Origin: Camelus dromedarius
Taxonomy: Eukaryota
DNA length: 64,000 nucleotides
NCBI RefSeq assembly: GCF_036321535.1
Contig: NC_087437.1
Coordinates: forward strand, 117,678,001-117,742,000
Direction of reading: 5' to 3'
Positions 40,508 through 53,584 of the stretch are shown one piece after another. The position numbers and the translations under genes are program-made. Positions within the stretch are counted from its first letter, which is position 1, and the number at the start of each line of letters is the position of its first letter. Below the pieces are notes generated by a model. The model had not been told where the DNA came from. It did not search any database and was given only the letters and a program-made list of their open reading frames with translations.

Positions 40508-41125
40508 TGCGGTAGTCTGAATGTCCCCTCTAAATTCATATATCGAGACCACATTCTCAAGGTGGGGTCTTTGGGAGCTGATTAGGTCGTGGGATCAGTG
40601 CCTCTCTCATAAGGGCACTTGTGAAAGTGGGTTGGGGCTGGAAGATTTTGAGATTGATGCTGGAAAAAGCTGACATTGCCATGAAGGGACTGCTAAAGGT
40701 GATTCTGGTGAGAGCTCAGAAAGAAAGAGGGGAGCTGGAGAGAGAGCCTCTATCTTCCTAGAGAATATGCAGATTACCATGAACAGACCGCTGGCTGAAA
40801 TGTGGGTGGTACGGGCCATTTTTGGATGTCTCGGACAGAAATCAGGAACGTGTTATTGGACAGTGGAGAACAGGTGGTCCTTGTTGCAAAGCGGCAAAGA
40901 ACCTGGCTGAACTGCGGTCATGTTCTAGTATTTTGTGGAAGGTAAAAGCTCCAAGTGATGAAACTGGCTATTTAGCCAAGGAGATTTCTAAACAAAGTGT
41001 TGAAAAAGGGGCTTGGTTTCTACTGACAGTGGTAGTAAAAGTTGAGAAGAGAGACATACATTGAAGCAGGAATTGATAAGCAAAAAGGAACTAGAACTTA
41101 AAGATTTGGAAAATCCTCAGCCTCT
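40508..41125 (+). mobile_element. MaLR element: partial MLT1A-like LTR fused to MaLR internal sequence
   Basis: LTR start tgcggtagtctgaatgtccc; the internal part translates to WRTGGPCCKAAKNLAEL...GYLAKEISKQS, resembling the decayed MaLR internal ORF. Confidence 0.75.
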
Positions 41126-43140
41126 CCGTATCGCAAGGAAACTAAGGCACAGAGTAAGCGACTCGCTGAGGTCACAGTGCCAGCCCAGGGCGAGCAGAGG
41201 CTCAAGCTCAGTGCTTCTAGTCACGCTCCGCACTGCCAATTACAAGCCACCAAACACAGGAAGGACTACACGTTTACCCATGTGAACTGCTAAGTAAACC
41301 TTATGTAGGCAGGAGGCTACAAAAGCCGCAGCCCCAGCTCTGCAATTAAACAGAGGACACAAATGTCAACTAGGCCTCTACATTGTCATAAAATCTATGT
41401 TCCCACAACAAAAAATAACATCAAAGAATTTCCCACTATCAAATATCTAACTTACAGGAACCCAGTGTCGGGTGGCTGAAGGGGGGGCCACGGGGCTCCG
41501 GCACGGGCTGCTCAGAGGTACGGGCACACCAGGGGCGTGTGCGCCCGTGCGGGCACCCGTGCTTCCTGGGCCGCCTTCACCCACCCCGCCCCCCGCACAC
41601 CAGCCTGTCTCCTCCTTAGGAAATCACGGGCAAAGTTAATTCCTCTAAAAGTCCACAGGGAATTTGGCTTGTTTCCTGGAAAACCGAGGAGACAATCCCA
41701 TGACTGTGTGTGCTTGTGTTCTGCAACGTTCCAAGGCTGCGTTGCTGCCAAATTAATTTTACGAAGCTTAACGATGTGTGAATTATAACAACTGCTCTGA
41801 TTGAACAGTCAGCATCAACAGAGCATTAAAATATAGTCACAAAATAAGGATTTTCCGTGAAGGGTGCATAGCTCTTCGTTAAAACTCAATCACTGTCCCG
41901 TCTATAAGGTGTAACTGGTCCTTGTTCAACTTCTACCTGAAACACAACGACTAGCTAAAACTGATGGTACAAATACGATGTCTTATGCAGTGGTACTTCT
42001 TCCACGCTTTATATAGAAGATAAACCAAAAGCTTAAGCAAAGGAAGGTTTATTTATAGAAGCTTCCTCCAGGTGGAATGACCTTTCTCTATAGATTAGAC
42101 TGGAAAGTAAAAGTCAAGCTGTTCAGGGTTCCCATGGGTATCTGGGAACGTCAGCTGCACAGGTGCCGCTCTCCTTCGATGCCAGGACACCCCCAATGAC
42201 TGCCATAACTGGGCACCATTTTCCTGTCCTCAGCAGAAGGGCAAGCAGAAAACTGACTGAACGATTTAAATAATTGAAGAATTGATTCATTTCCTTCATT
42301 ATATATGTAACTGGATGTTTCTGTGAGTCTGTTTTCTTGAAATTTTAGCAATGGCCTTGAGAGGTGAGAGTCGTCCCCCAAATGCCAATACTTTCTTTCC
42401 TTACAGGAAATGTGAGACCACCTCTGCAGGCCTTTCTGAGTCTAATGTTTTGGCTGTCATCTATGTCTGGGCCTCGTAAGAGGCTGAGTCAGAAATAGGA
42501 TATTTTTGTTGAGTGATGTCTGTGTTCACGCCCACCTGTGGGTGGTCGGGGCCTTTGAGCTCACCATAGGGACTGGTGGGTCATATGTGACAAGATTAAA
42601 GGCAAAGGCCAGCCCTGCTCACAGCAGGAGAGAAGGCTGTGCCGGGACTGGCTGTCACTGTGGGTGGCTGGCGAAGGAGGCGCATGCGTGGACCCTGCAG
42701 GAGAGAGCAGGACAGGCTGTCTTCAGAGGGATGCTGAGAGATGCGAGGGAATGAGATGTCTCCAATAGAGGGGGTGCTGGAAATTATATAGTGTTTGTTT
42801 TAAACAGCATTACTTAACTATAGATGGTGCATAATTCAACCATCGTCAACAAGTCCAAGAGGTGGCAACAGGAAATGGGAGAAAGATTAGTCAGAAGCTC
42901 ATTCAGGGTAGTGAAGCGAATCGGTTTAAGTCCTTCTCCTTAATGCTCAGCCAAAACTGCTTGTTCTGAGAAAGAGGAAAGGTGAAGACTGCTTCCTTTG
43001 AAACATTTTCCTCAATTTTATATGATGTATAATAGCATTGGTTATATGTTTCCCTAATTTTCTTTTTATTGGATAACAGGTTTTCTAACACAAGGATTGG
43101 ATCATGTTTAAGCTGACTTTCTAGTTCATACATGCATTCT

Positions 43141-43279
43141 GTTTTGCTCTTTTTGCTATTGTTGCAGGAGGCAATTAGGTTTGTTTTGTTCGTTTGTTCA
43201 TTAATGGAGGCACTGGGGATTGAACCCAGGACCTCAGGCATGCCAAGCCTGCGCTCCACCACTGAGCTGTGCCCTCTCC
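43141..43279 (-). mobile_element. tRNA-Ala-derived SINE (Vic-1 type), sense to DSCAM
   Basis: Reverse complement reads ggagagggcacagctcagtggtggagcgcaggcttggcatgcctgaggtcctgggttcaatccccagtgcctccattaa; same family as the copies at 21764 and 27561. Confidence 0.88.
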
Positions 43280-46200
43280 ATGCTAAAGCTCTTACCACCA
43301 TGCCTAGTGATAGCAAAAGCTCACGAGTAGTTGCTGCGTTTGAATTCACAGACATTTATTGAGTTTAATGTCAGTGTATAGATTATAAGGTAAGTTTCTC
43401 CCCCACAAGGAACAAGATATGATCATGGCTGACAAATGGAGGGTTAATTAAAATACAGCAGCTGACAAACTCCTACTAAAATCTAGAAATAAAATTATTT
43501 CAATTCCCTTCCCTGTCATAGTCAAGGACATGGACTCATATTTGTAAAATTCATAGGAAAATAAACGGAAACTTCAGGCATTTGATTTTTTTAAAATATT
43601 CCAGCAAGTTTTAACAAAGTTTCTGACATGTTTTCCTCCCTGAAAGTGGACCGGAGTGGACACTGCAGCTAACGGCATACACCTTGTGACACCCAAGCCA
43701 GACACACGCGTTCCCAGGGCTCTGCCTTTCCGCGTTACCGCTTTAGGTCTGGTGGGTGGAGTCGTGCATTTCTAAGGAACTCGACAGAATCCTCCTCAAA
43801 AGAATTTAAGGTTGCCTAGAAGGTTTGTCTCATCCTCGTGCTTCAATGTCACCCCATGAAAAGCCTGGGAACAGTGTCTTCCAGACCTACTTTGACTCCA
43901 GAATTATTCTTGTCTTGTGGTGCTGATGTATCATTTTTCCTTTCATCTAAGACACTTTTTAACTAGTAAATAAAATAAAGTTGGCCACAATGAGCTCCTT
44001 GAAATGCTCTTTAGTAATTTCTCCAAAACTGGATGTGTACCCAATAATGGCTGAATCCTTCTCCAAATCCCTTACACTATGCAGTTCAGTGCACGAACTT
44101 GGAAAGCCTTGGATTTAATTCCCTCAGTCAGGTATCATATTTGGCCTTTGTTCATCCATCCTTTGTGGTCCTTATCTTTACTCCACTTTGGATGATGGTT
44201 CTGCCTGTTCTTGCCATCTCTCCCCTGATGGACGGTCCAGGCTGTCTGAGTGGGCTTTGCCTCACCCTTTCCTCCACTTACCCCCCAGGGATCCCAGGTC
44301 AGACCATTACAGGGTTGGGACCCACTAACCCACTGGAGTGGACTGAGGAAATGTCTGTTGTGTTAGTGAGTTTAATAAGGACCTAGAAATTATTTGAATG
44401 CAACAGAGAAAAGTGCATAGAGAATGACTGTGGAGTCACAGCCTGCTCAGATCAAATTATCCAACGCTTCTGACAGATATAAAAGGAATTTCACTTTAAA
44501 AACATTTCAATTAACTTTTTAATGAAAAACTGATTCTATTAAAGAAATATGGTGCTTTAAAAAGCTTTAAAATCTAATTATTAACCTCCAATTTAAAAAA
44601 AAAATTGAATGCTCTGAGTTTGAGGATGGAACGTTAGCAGCAGTGATTAAAAAAAAAAAAAAAAAAAAAACTCCCCTAAAGCAGAATAAACAAAATGCTA
44701 GCTCCCTTCATCACAGGGCAACGACACTTTCAGAGCACATCAATCTTCCCGATTAGCGGCGGAGAAACAGCCTGGGTTGCAAATAAGCAGTTAGCTGGAT
44801 CAGTTTAAGATTTGCTTCTTTTTAAAATTTCCGTGTATAATACATTTTGATCTGATTTCCATTTGATTTCACTACTTTCGCCTCTAGAAGAAGACAGTGT
44901 AGCACAAGGGTCTTCCTAACGGGACAGAGCAAGGTGCCAGCTCTCACAGAGAGAGCATTAAAACTGCTTGTTTTCTCCTTTTGGTAGTTTCCTCTGTACT
45001 GCACCGAGATCACTGCAGCGGTCATGCTATGGGCTACTTTTAAAGAAGACTTCCAAACATAAAATATTTTATTTTTTGGCCTTCCAAATATAAAAACTAT
45101 TGCTATAATGTTTTGCAAGTGAATTAAAGTTGATCTCCAGCAAAGATATGAAAGAAACTAGCTTCTCTGTGTTACTGTTTACAATCAGGCATCGTCCAAT
45201 TAGCCAGACTCACGTCACAGGCTGCTTACATTTCCAGTCTCTTTCTAACAAAATTACCTCCATTTACTACAGTTTGGCTCATCCCTTCTGCCTTGTCATG
45301 CCATCTGCCATACAAATCCTCTCTCTGTAAAAGTGCTGTATTAACTAACTTGGCTGCTGTCACCTATTCAACAAATTTTGCACAAAAGGACCAGTGTAGC
45401 ATTACGTAACTTCTCACGTGGAAGAAAAATTGTGAGATAGGCTATTCTCAGTAACAAACATAACATAGGTATAATATACAGCTTTGGGGAAAAAACAGCC
45501 ATTCCATTAAGTCTTAATTTAAAAAGATTTGAAGCCGTTTATTTCCTTAACTAGTACTGCATGTCTGTATCAGGCCAAGTCAAAAAGATAAGATGTTTTC
45601 AAAGCTGGAATCTTTCAAAAGCTCCAAAAGCTAGTTGATCAAAAGGACATTTTAATCTGCGGCTACTTGGGAGGCAGTCAGCAGCAGTGGAGAAGCCACA
45701 CTGGTCGTCCAGTCCAAATGGATGGCAGCGCAAAGCCAGAATACGTACTGGCAATTTGCAGTACAAAATTGGGCAGACGATCTTGTGAGACTGGGCCTGA
45801 AAACAGTATCAGGGCTTGTTTCTGTACAGAAATTCCATCTGAGGACATGCTTCTGCTTCCCTTTGTTCAATAAAATGCAAAACTGGGCTCAGGATTTTAA
45901 CGGCTAAGCTTTCTCCCAACCTTAGCATGAGCCACCTGATTTTGACCAACTATAGCAACTGGATAGCTTCACCTGATGCCCAGTGAAACAGAATGACCCC
46001 TGATGAATGATTTTCACAAAATTAAAATACGGACTTCACAGAAATACTGAGCAGTCAGTTATTGGCCAGGTCACTGAGGATAGGTAAGGGGGGAAGGAGG
46101 GCCACTTTTAAAGAACCAGATTATAAAAGATAAGATGTACTTCCCCTGACTCTCCGAAAAAGTTGGAATCTAAGTGGATGTAAACTGCAACATAAAAAAA

Positions 46201-47552
46201 TTTAAAGCAGATTTAGAACATATTGCATCAGAACTGGCCGTGATAAACTGTAGTATTTCAAGGGAAGCTTCAAGAATATACTTCCCTGGAATTTTTATAA
46301 AACCAGAGTTAGCGTTCATAGGCTTAGGAGCAGGTATGTCTGAAGGACACTTGTCTAGTTTTTTCCCAGCCATATGATGATAAATGCTAGGGTAAAATCT
46401 GGTTAATCACAAGAGCAGAGAGGGCCTGAGATATGCCAGCCACCTCGAGGTGCTCAGCTAAGATGTACTGACACGTAATTAATTGCATACATGTAAGTGG
46501 AATATGACTGTGCATTCTTTGGGTGACTTTTGGCATTTCTATATTTTCTGCTTTGCTGTTACAGAAAAAAAAAGAGGTCCAGCAATAGGTCATTGAGCTG
46601 GAACCATGGAAGAAGGTCCATGTCAGTGACTCAAAAGCATTTTAGTGAAATCCTTCTGGGATGGGAAGTCTCCCAAAGTAAATAACACACTTTTCCTGCC
46701 TTATTAAGCAGCCACTTCATTAGACAACTTAAACTCTACTGGATGACTCACAGCCATCATCCATAAAATCTGACTCAACATAGCATTTGCTGAACATCCC
46801 CTCTTTCAGCAGAATACCAGGATTCCCCAGGGTATAGCAGCAACGAACTGTGGTTCCTGTACTTAGGAAACTGGCAAGCCACTACAGGAAACCAATATCC
46901 CCACCTAACAGTAATGCAGGATGTAATGGTTGCATCAAAGAGAGGTTGCTGGGGATCCCCGAGGCGAGACGGAGCCAGCTTCCCCGGGGAAGGCGGTAGG
47001 CTGTCGGGATGGGGGCCTGGATCCTGAGCTCAGACCCCTGTGGGCTGCAGACTGTCTTTACCTCGCTGAGCTGTGTGGCTCTGGCCAGACTGCACGATCT
47101 CCATTTCAGTACCAGTGCAGTGAAGAGAATATTAACAACTCTGCCTGCACAATTAACCATCAGACTCACTGATGAGAAGCAGTATTTTTATACATGTGGG
47201 CCCTAGAAGCAGTTGAGTGGGCCTGACAATCATTTAAAAAATACAAGAAGAGAAAAAAATATCCAATAGAACAGAAACATCAGAGTGCATCATGTGTGGT
47301 AAGTGTAAGATTTGTTTACAAAGCTTTTGTTGTATGGGTGTCCTGGGGTGTGATCCTGTTGTGAGTCATGGAAAGACAAGTTTGGAAACCACAGGCAAAA
47401 AGCGTTTAGCACACAGTGCCTAGAATATGGCAGGTGCTCAGAAATGCTGGAGTAAATGATGTAGCATTTAAGTTGGGCCTTAAGAATAAACATTTCTACG
47501 TGGGGAGATGAGAGGGAAAAGATGAGGAGGACCCGATACCCAGACACCCCCT

Positions 47553-47604
47553 CAACACACACACCCCACATCACACTCACACACACACACACACACACAC
47601 ACAC
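47553..47604 (+). repeat. (CA)n microsatellite
   Basis: Perfect CA run at about 47578-47604 with an imperfect left flank. Confidence 0.95.
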
Positions 47605-47619
47605 GAGACATGCATGGCT

Positions 47620-47960
47620 CAGATTTTGGAGAGAGGAAGGTTAGTAGAATATGAGACTGGACAGGAGTCGGAGCTGAGTTGTGGAAATGGGTACAACTCA
47701 TCTTGAGAATTTTGATCATTTTTAGGTAAAAACGGAGAAATCATCCAAGAAGTCTGCACAGAGGAATGACATGATTGGATACAGAATCTGGAAGAGTAAT
47801 CATGACAGTGATGGAGACTGCAGACAGGAGTTGGGATCATAGTGGAAAGGCTTCTGCCCTAGTTTCGGTTTCCCAGGTGAGGACTTGAACCAAGGCAATG
47901 GCGGTGGGAGTGAAAGGAAGGGAGAGGATTAAAAAGACGTTGCAGAGAGAGCATCTACAT
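47620..47960 (-). mobile_element. L2 relic
   Basis: gaggaatgacatgattggat...ccaggtgaggacttgaaccaaggcaatggcggtgggagtgaaaggaagggagaggatt. Confidence 0.6.
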
Positions 47961-48236
47961 AACACAATGTCACTTTGCAGATGTTATTTCCTCTGGTCAT
48001 AAAACCCTTTCATCAGATAAAATTGTTCCCCTCCTACAAGCCAGGGCTGTGTACATGTCCTCAGTAACAGCCTCTGACCTGACTGAGTCACACTTCCCTT
48101 GCCTGGCTCCTGTGTCATCCTGTACTACTGCACCTACCACATCACACAGAATGGTGACACTCTCTGGTATTTTCTGCCCTCCTTAGAACCAAGAACTCTT
48201 CAAAGAAAGACACTCTATCCTTTGTCATTGCAGTTC

Positions 48237-48597
48237 TGTGGTTGTTGTTACAGCTATTTTCCAAAAATTCTGGTTTGCCTGTCTTCTTGGTACGTATTAG
48301 ACTGTCCTTCCTGGTTCCCTTGTGGTTGGGTGAGGCTGTGCAATGAATTCTGGCCAGTGATTTGTGCTAGAGTATTTAATGCCTATGTCAGACCCTCCAG
48401 AGATTTCTTTCTCTCTGCCATAAAACTTGCATGGTTTTTTTTTCCTGGAGTGAGAATAACATGGGACAGAGCAACCACCAACTCACAATGGACATAAATG
48501 TGAAAGAAAAAGAAAGCTGTATGTTGGTGTAAATCACAGAGATTTTTTTTTTGTATGTTTGTTATGCAGCATAACTCAGCTTCTCCTAACTGATACA
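48237..48597 (+). mobile_element. MaLR solo LTR (MLT1I/J-like) inside an L2 tail
   Basis: gaattctggccagtga and the terminal tttgttatgcagcataactcagcttctcctaactgataca; the L2 tail continues ttggcacagagtagtgctc. Confidence 0.7.
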
Positions 48598-50130
48598 CCT
48601 CAGAATCTGGCTCAGCCCTTGGCACAGAGTAGTGCTCTACATAGATTTGTGTGTAAATGAAGAAATGATCTGGTAACCAATCAGACAACAAGTGGAAAGA
48701 GAGAAGAGGAATCAAAGGTAATCTAAGGCTTCTGGTCAGAGGGCAAAGGATCTTGTTAGATCATTAGCTTAACTGGGAAACAGAAAGAGAAGAGGGGCAA
48801 GAATGAATTTGGTTCTGGACATGCTGGATGTGGTGGGATCTCCAAGAAGACATGGATGGTAGGAAGTTGGAAATAGAGAACTGATTGGTTCTCTAAGCTT
48901 GTCAGGGTTACAGAGAAACATTTTGAACCCACTAATTTCAGGTGAGAGTTAAATTATGAGAATAGATTCAGTTACTCATGTTGATACTAAAGAATATGAA
49001 AAGAGGTTAAATGAAGAGTATTGAAAAATGCCTACATTTAAGAGTGAGATATTGAGGGAGAGGGAGCAACAAAAGAGAAAGAATAAAAAGATAATGGAAG
49101 CTAAGAAAAACATTTAAAAACAAATAACTATATAACACTAAACATGCTGTGCTAAAACTTGAAATAGGAAGAACATTCTTAAGAGGTAATGCAGTTTCAC
49201 AACCCGAAGGTCCCTGATGACTGCTGAGAGACAACCATCACGATGCCATCATTATAGCTATAGATGGTCAGGTTAGAGCTCCTTGCCTGGTTCTGTTACG
49301 GCACTGTTTTTTGACTGGAGATTCCTGACCATTTCTGGTTCTCTGCAGCCACCCTCTCTCCTCCTCAGCCTCCCTGTGGCACTATGAAATGCAGTCTTGG
49401 GAGGCCCGGGAGGGAGACCCACACCTGCTACCTTGGCCTGAATGTTGTCTGGACCTGGTGAACGTTCCTTTTCTGGCTTCCCAGAAGCCTTGCTGAGTTC
49501 TAAGTTGTGGCTGCTCTGTGGAGAGTTAGTTGCCACAAGTCTCACTAGCTCATTCAGCAACATCTCCTGAGCCCTACTCTGTGCAGAAACTGGATGACCT
49601 TTTCATCTGAAACTAGAATCCCTGGTGTGGTTCACAGCTTGTTGGTACAATTTAAAGGCCTTCTGATTTTTAGTCTTCATTAATGAGAAGTTTGTTCTAT
49701 CTAATTTCTCATTTCTCAATCCTATGCACACCAGCTTAGCAGTGGGAAATAGACAGTTTCTATAACCTAGTGCTTATGTGCTATGTAGCATTTTTCAGTC
49801 TGCTGCTACTATGCGGGGAGGGTCATTAAAGAGGAAATCCAGATTGGCTATACTTTTTATCTGGGTCCTCACAAGGTTAGCTCACTTATTTGGATTTCCA
49901 CTGCTTATCATACAGTATGAATTGATCATTCAAACCACTGTATATTAATTAATAGCCACGGTCCAAAAATTACGTGGATGAGTTCCTGAATCAAACATAT
50001 TTTGAGATTTTGCTCTGACTGGGTGGGGGTTGATGTTTTGTTGCATTTACTGGTCCCTCACAATGAGATTAATGTTTACTAAGCATGACTTTTAGACAGC
50101 CAGTCTTGAGATAAATCGATAGTTTCTTGT

Positions 50131-50621
50131 TGTGTGAATGAAAAATATTGCAGTCATATCAGTAAACAAAGGATGCTGTGGCCACCAAGTCATCAGCTGC
50201 TACCGCCGCCCCCGACAGTGAGCGGAGGGAACTCAGGATGGAGACAGGCAGGCAGCCCGGCCCCTGCAGCCGCCCCCAGCGGTGCCCCTGAGGGGACTCA
50301 GGATGCGAGAGAACAGGACACTGGCCCTGGACAGCTAAGATGCACATCAAAGGAGTGATTTCAGTGAGCCCAGACCTTTGCGCCTTCCCATACAGAGAAA
50401 AGCAGAAAATTCCTTAAGTTGAGAGGTCTGGTTTTCTTTAACCAGTAATCTTTTGACTACCTGGTCTTTGTTGCAAAAACTCCTATATATCCTGGCTCCT
50501 CCTCTGCCTCTTTGGAGCTGCGCCATCTGAGAGGCCACCTCCAGGGCTCAAGTCCTCAGAAAGTCCACCGAATAAAACACAACGCTCAGATTTTAGGTTG
50601 TGCATTTCATTTCAGTCGATG
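50131..50621 (+). mobile_element. ERV1-class solo LTR, antisense to DSCAM
   Basis: U3 with an internal direct repeat (gaggg-actcaggatg twice), TATATAT at 50484-50490, AATAAA at 50571-50576, U5 end ttttaggttgtgcatttcatttcagtcga; TSD not resolved. Confidence 0.8.
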
Positions 50622-51238
50622 TCTATCAACACAGTTTCCAACTCTAAAGACTTTTATTTCCTAAGCTGAACTGAGGGAACACCACGAAACCAATGCTTAT
50701 AATCAGATAATGCATTTACATGGTAGAGAAAAGAACCTGTGTCTTTTAACAAGGTTCTTTCACAAGGAGGAGGATGGACGGAGGCTCTTGAGAGAAAATT
50801 TACATCAGCAACGACTTTAGCTGAGGGACTCTGATAAAGAAGATTAAATTACAGAGTGTGCTGTGTCCTAATTTATTGGTCCATGTTCTACATTCAGCTA
50901 TGAAATCATTTCAGAGGGAAAAAATCAGATATATGAGCAAGGAAAATGCACAGAGCTAGGGCTGCCCTCTGGTGTTCCTTGTGATACACAGGCAACCAGG
51001 TCGGAGCCTCTGAAAACTTGTTGGCATCCGGTTTTCTGACTTAAAATTAAATTACAAAAACTAAAGATGGGGGGAAAAAAAACCTTTTCCAGCAAGTTAT
51101 AGTTTATTATTCATTCCATGTGAAAACACAGGATAGTAGGTGGGATTTTTCAAGGATTCGCCTCTGAAGAGAAGCGTGTCAGTTCTCTCTGATCTTCACC
51201 TGGAATGGTGTTGTTTCATTTTAAAAACAGGTCTCGTA

Positions 51239-51309
51239 TGAGAAACCTCTGTGGCTCACACTCAGTTTTGCTGTCAGCCTAAAACTGCCCCGAAAAATGA
51301 GCTCTATTT
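51239..51309 (+). mobile_element. ~70-bp L1MC-like 3' terminus with 16-bp TSD
   Basis: ctcagttttgctgtcagcctaaaactgc resembles the L1MC end; flanked by aaaaacaggtctcgta (51223-51238) and aaaaacaggcctcgta (51310-51325). Confidence 0.75.
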
Positions 51310-52273
51310 AAAAACAGGCCTCGTACTCTTGAACGCTGTTTGAAGTAGGTGGATAGCAGCGCAGCTCTGGGGATGGCGTAGCCCTGGCTCTGGTTCACTT
51401 CACGTTACTGGGGCAGCTCCAGGGCTCTGGACCCTCCGTGCAAAGCTTAACCCAGAAGATCCGGGCACCTCGTGATAATCACATTTCCAGCTCACGGTGG
51501 GTTTTTGGCTTTTTTTTTTTTTCTCAATACGGTCCAAAGGCAGCACAAACACACCTGCCAGTGGTTGTACGACGTCAGTGAGGGAGAAATGGAGTTATTT
51601 CCCACCTTTTCTGGTTGGCCTGCTCGCATCACTTTGTTTCTGGAAGGCTCTTAATAGCATGTTTGAAACCAAATAAGAAACTCACATGGAAGTTCTGACG
51701 CCCAGCCGACACTGAGCACGCTACACCGAAGGCTCTCCTTCAGTGCCGGCGGTGCTGCTGTTGACCTAAAGCAGCAGAACTTACAACGTGATCTTTCTGA
51801 GCAGATGAGGACCCCTGGGAGTCACACACCTGCTCCCCCTCTGCTTTTTTGTTTGTTTTGTTTAAGAAACAGTTAAATTCTGTAAGCATTCTTCAGCGGG
51901 AATAAAATTCATGGTAATCAATACCATAATGTGAAATATGGAGTGCTCTGACTTTTAATTCCTTCACAGTGAATTCAGGGCCACAGATTCTTCTTAAAGT
52001 CCCCCATTTGTCCCACAGCAGGGGCGGGCCTGCGCGCTGGCCCAGTCAGGGGTGGGCAGGGAGGGAAGCTGGGGGCTGGGGGGCGGGGGGAGCAGAGGGA
52101 GGGCGGTGGGGGAAGCCTGAAGCCCCTTAATGACAATTCCAAGAGCCACATCAGTAGGTGTTGTCCACTATCAAGGCCTCTGGGCTTTGATTTTGATAAG
52201 CCGGCTGGCAGTTTTGTGGGAACTCACCAGATAAACAATAATTTCAGACGACTGTGCCCCTTAGAAGGATTCA

Positions 52274-52678
<405 letters not shown>

Positions 52679-52697
52679 TCAGCTCTTCAGGAGTCGG

Positions 52698-53116
52698 TGG
52701 GGCGGGCTGAACTGTGTCCCCTCAAAACCCACGTGTTGAAGCCCTAACCCTACGGCCTCGGAATGTGGTCTTATTTGGAGACAGAATCTTTGCAGAGATG
52801 ATTAACCAAGCTAGCCTGTGGTCACTAGGGTGAGCCCTGGCCCAGGATGGCTGGTGTCCTGTCCAAAAAGGAAAGGTGGACACAAAGCCACGTGTAAAGG
52901 GAAGACCACGTGAAGACCCAGGGAGAAGATGACGGTCTACAAGCCAACGAGAGAGGCCTGGGGACGGAGCCTCCCTCACGGCCCTCAACAGGCAGTAACC
53001 CTGCTGACACCTCGATCTTGGACTTCTCACCTCCAGAACCGTGAGACAATACATTCCTGTCCTTGAAGTCCCCCAGTCTGCCCTCCTTTGCTACAGCCTC
53101 CCTGGGACCTGACACA
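52698..53116 (+). mobile_element. MaLR solo LTR (MLT1B-like)
   Basis: gggctgaactgtgtcccctcaaaa...gaatgtggtcttatttgga...ccctgctgacacctcgatcttggacttc...cctccagaaccgtgagacaata. Confidence 0.88.
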
Positions 53117-53584
53117 GTGTCTCTTGGACCAGTGACCCATGAGCTCCACTGACCCCTCTCCTCGGGCCTGTCCTGTAAGAGCTCATCTTAGCAAGAATCC
53201 TGCTAAATCAGTTTAGCCAGAACCCCCAAGGTATCGGATCACCTTCGTTACCTGACTAAAGTCTTCATTCTCCCCCACCGCCAGGTAATAGCTGATCGTC
53301 CTCGCCTGCCTTCTGCAAAAGCCCTGTTAGGTCTACGCAGCCAGAATTGCGCTCATCCCTGAGTTTCCTCTTAGTCGCTGCTCACCCCATGACCCCACTC
53401 CCTCCCCTTCGCTCCTTGGCTATAAATCCCCACCTTCACCTGCTGTATTCAGAGCTGAGCCCCCTTTCTTGCCCCTGTTCAAAACCCCACCGTGGCTGTG
53501 TCCACACCGGCCACAACGGTTCCCCTGAAAACAGCCTGCCTTTCTGTCCTTTGACAAGCGTCAGGAATAACGGTTTCTTTAACA
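53117..53584 (+). mobile_element. ERV1 LTR 3' portion (MER31-like)
   Basis: gcaagaatcctgctaaatcagtttagc, ctccttggctataaatcccc (TATAAA at 53421-53426), terminus tttctttaaca. Confidence 0.7.
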
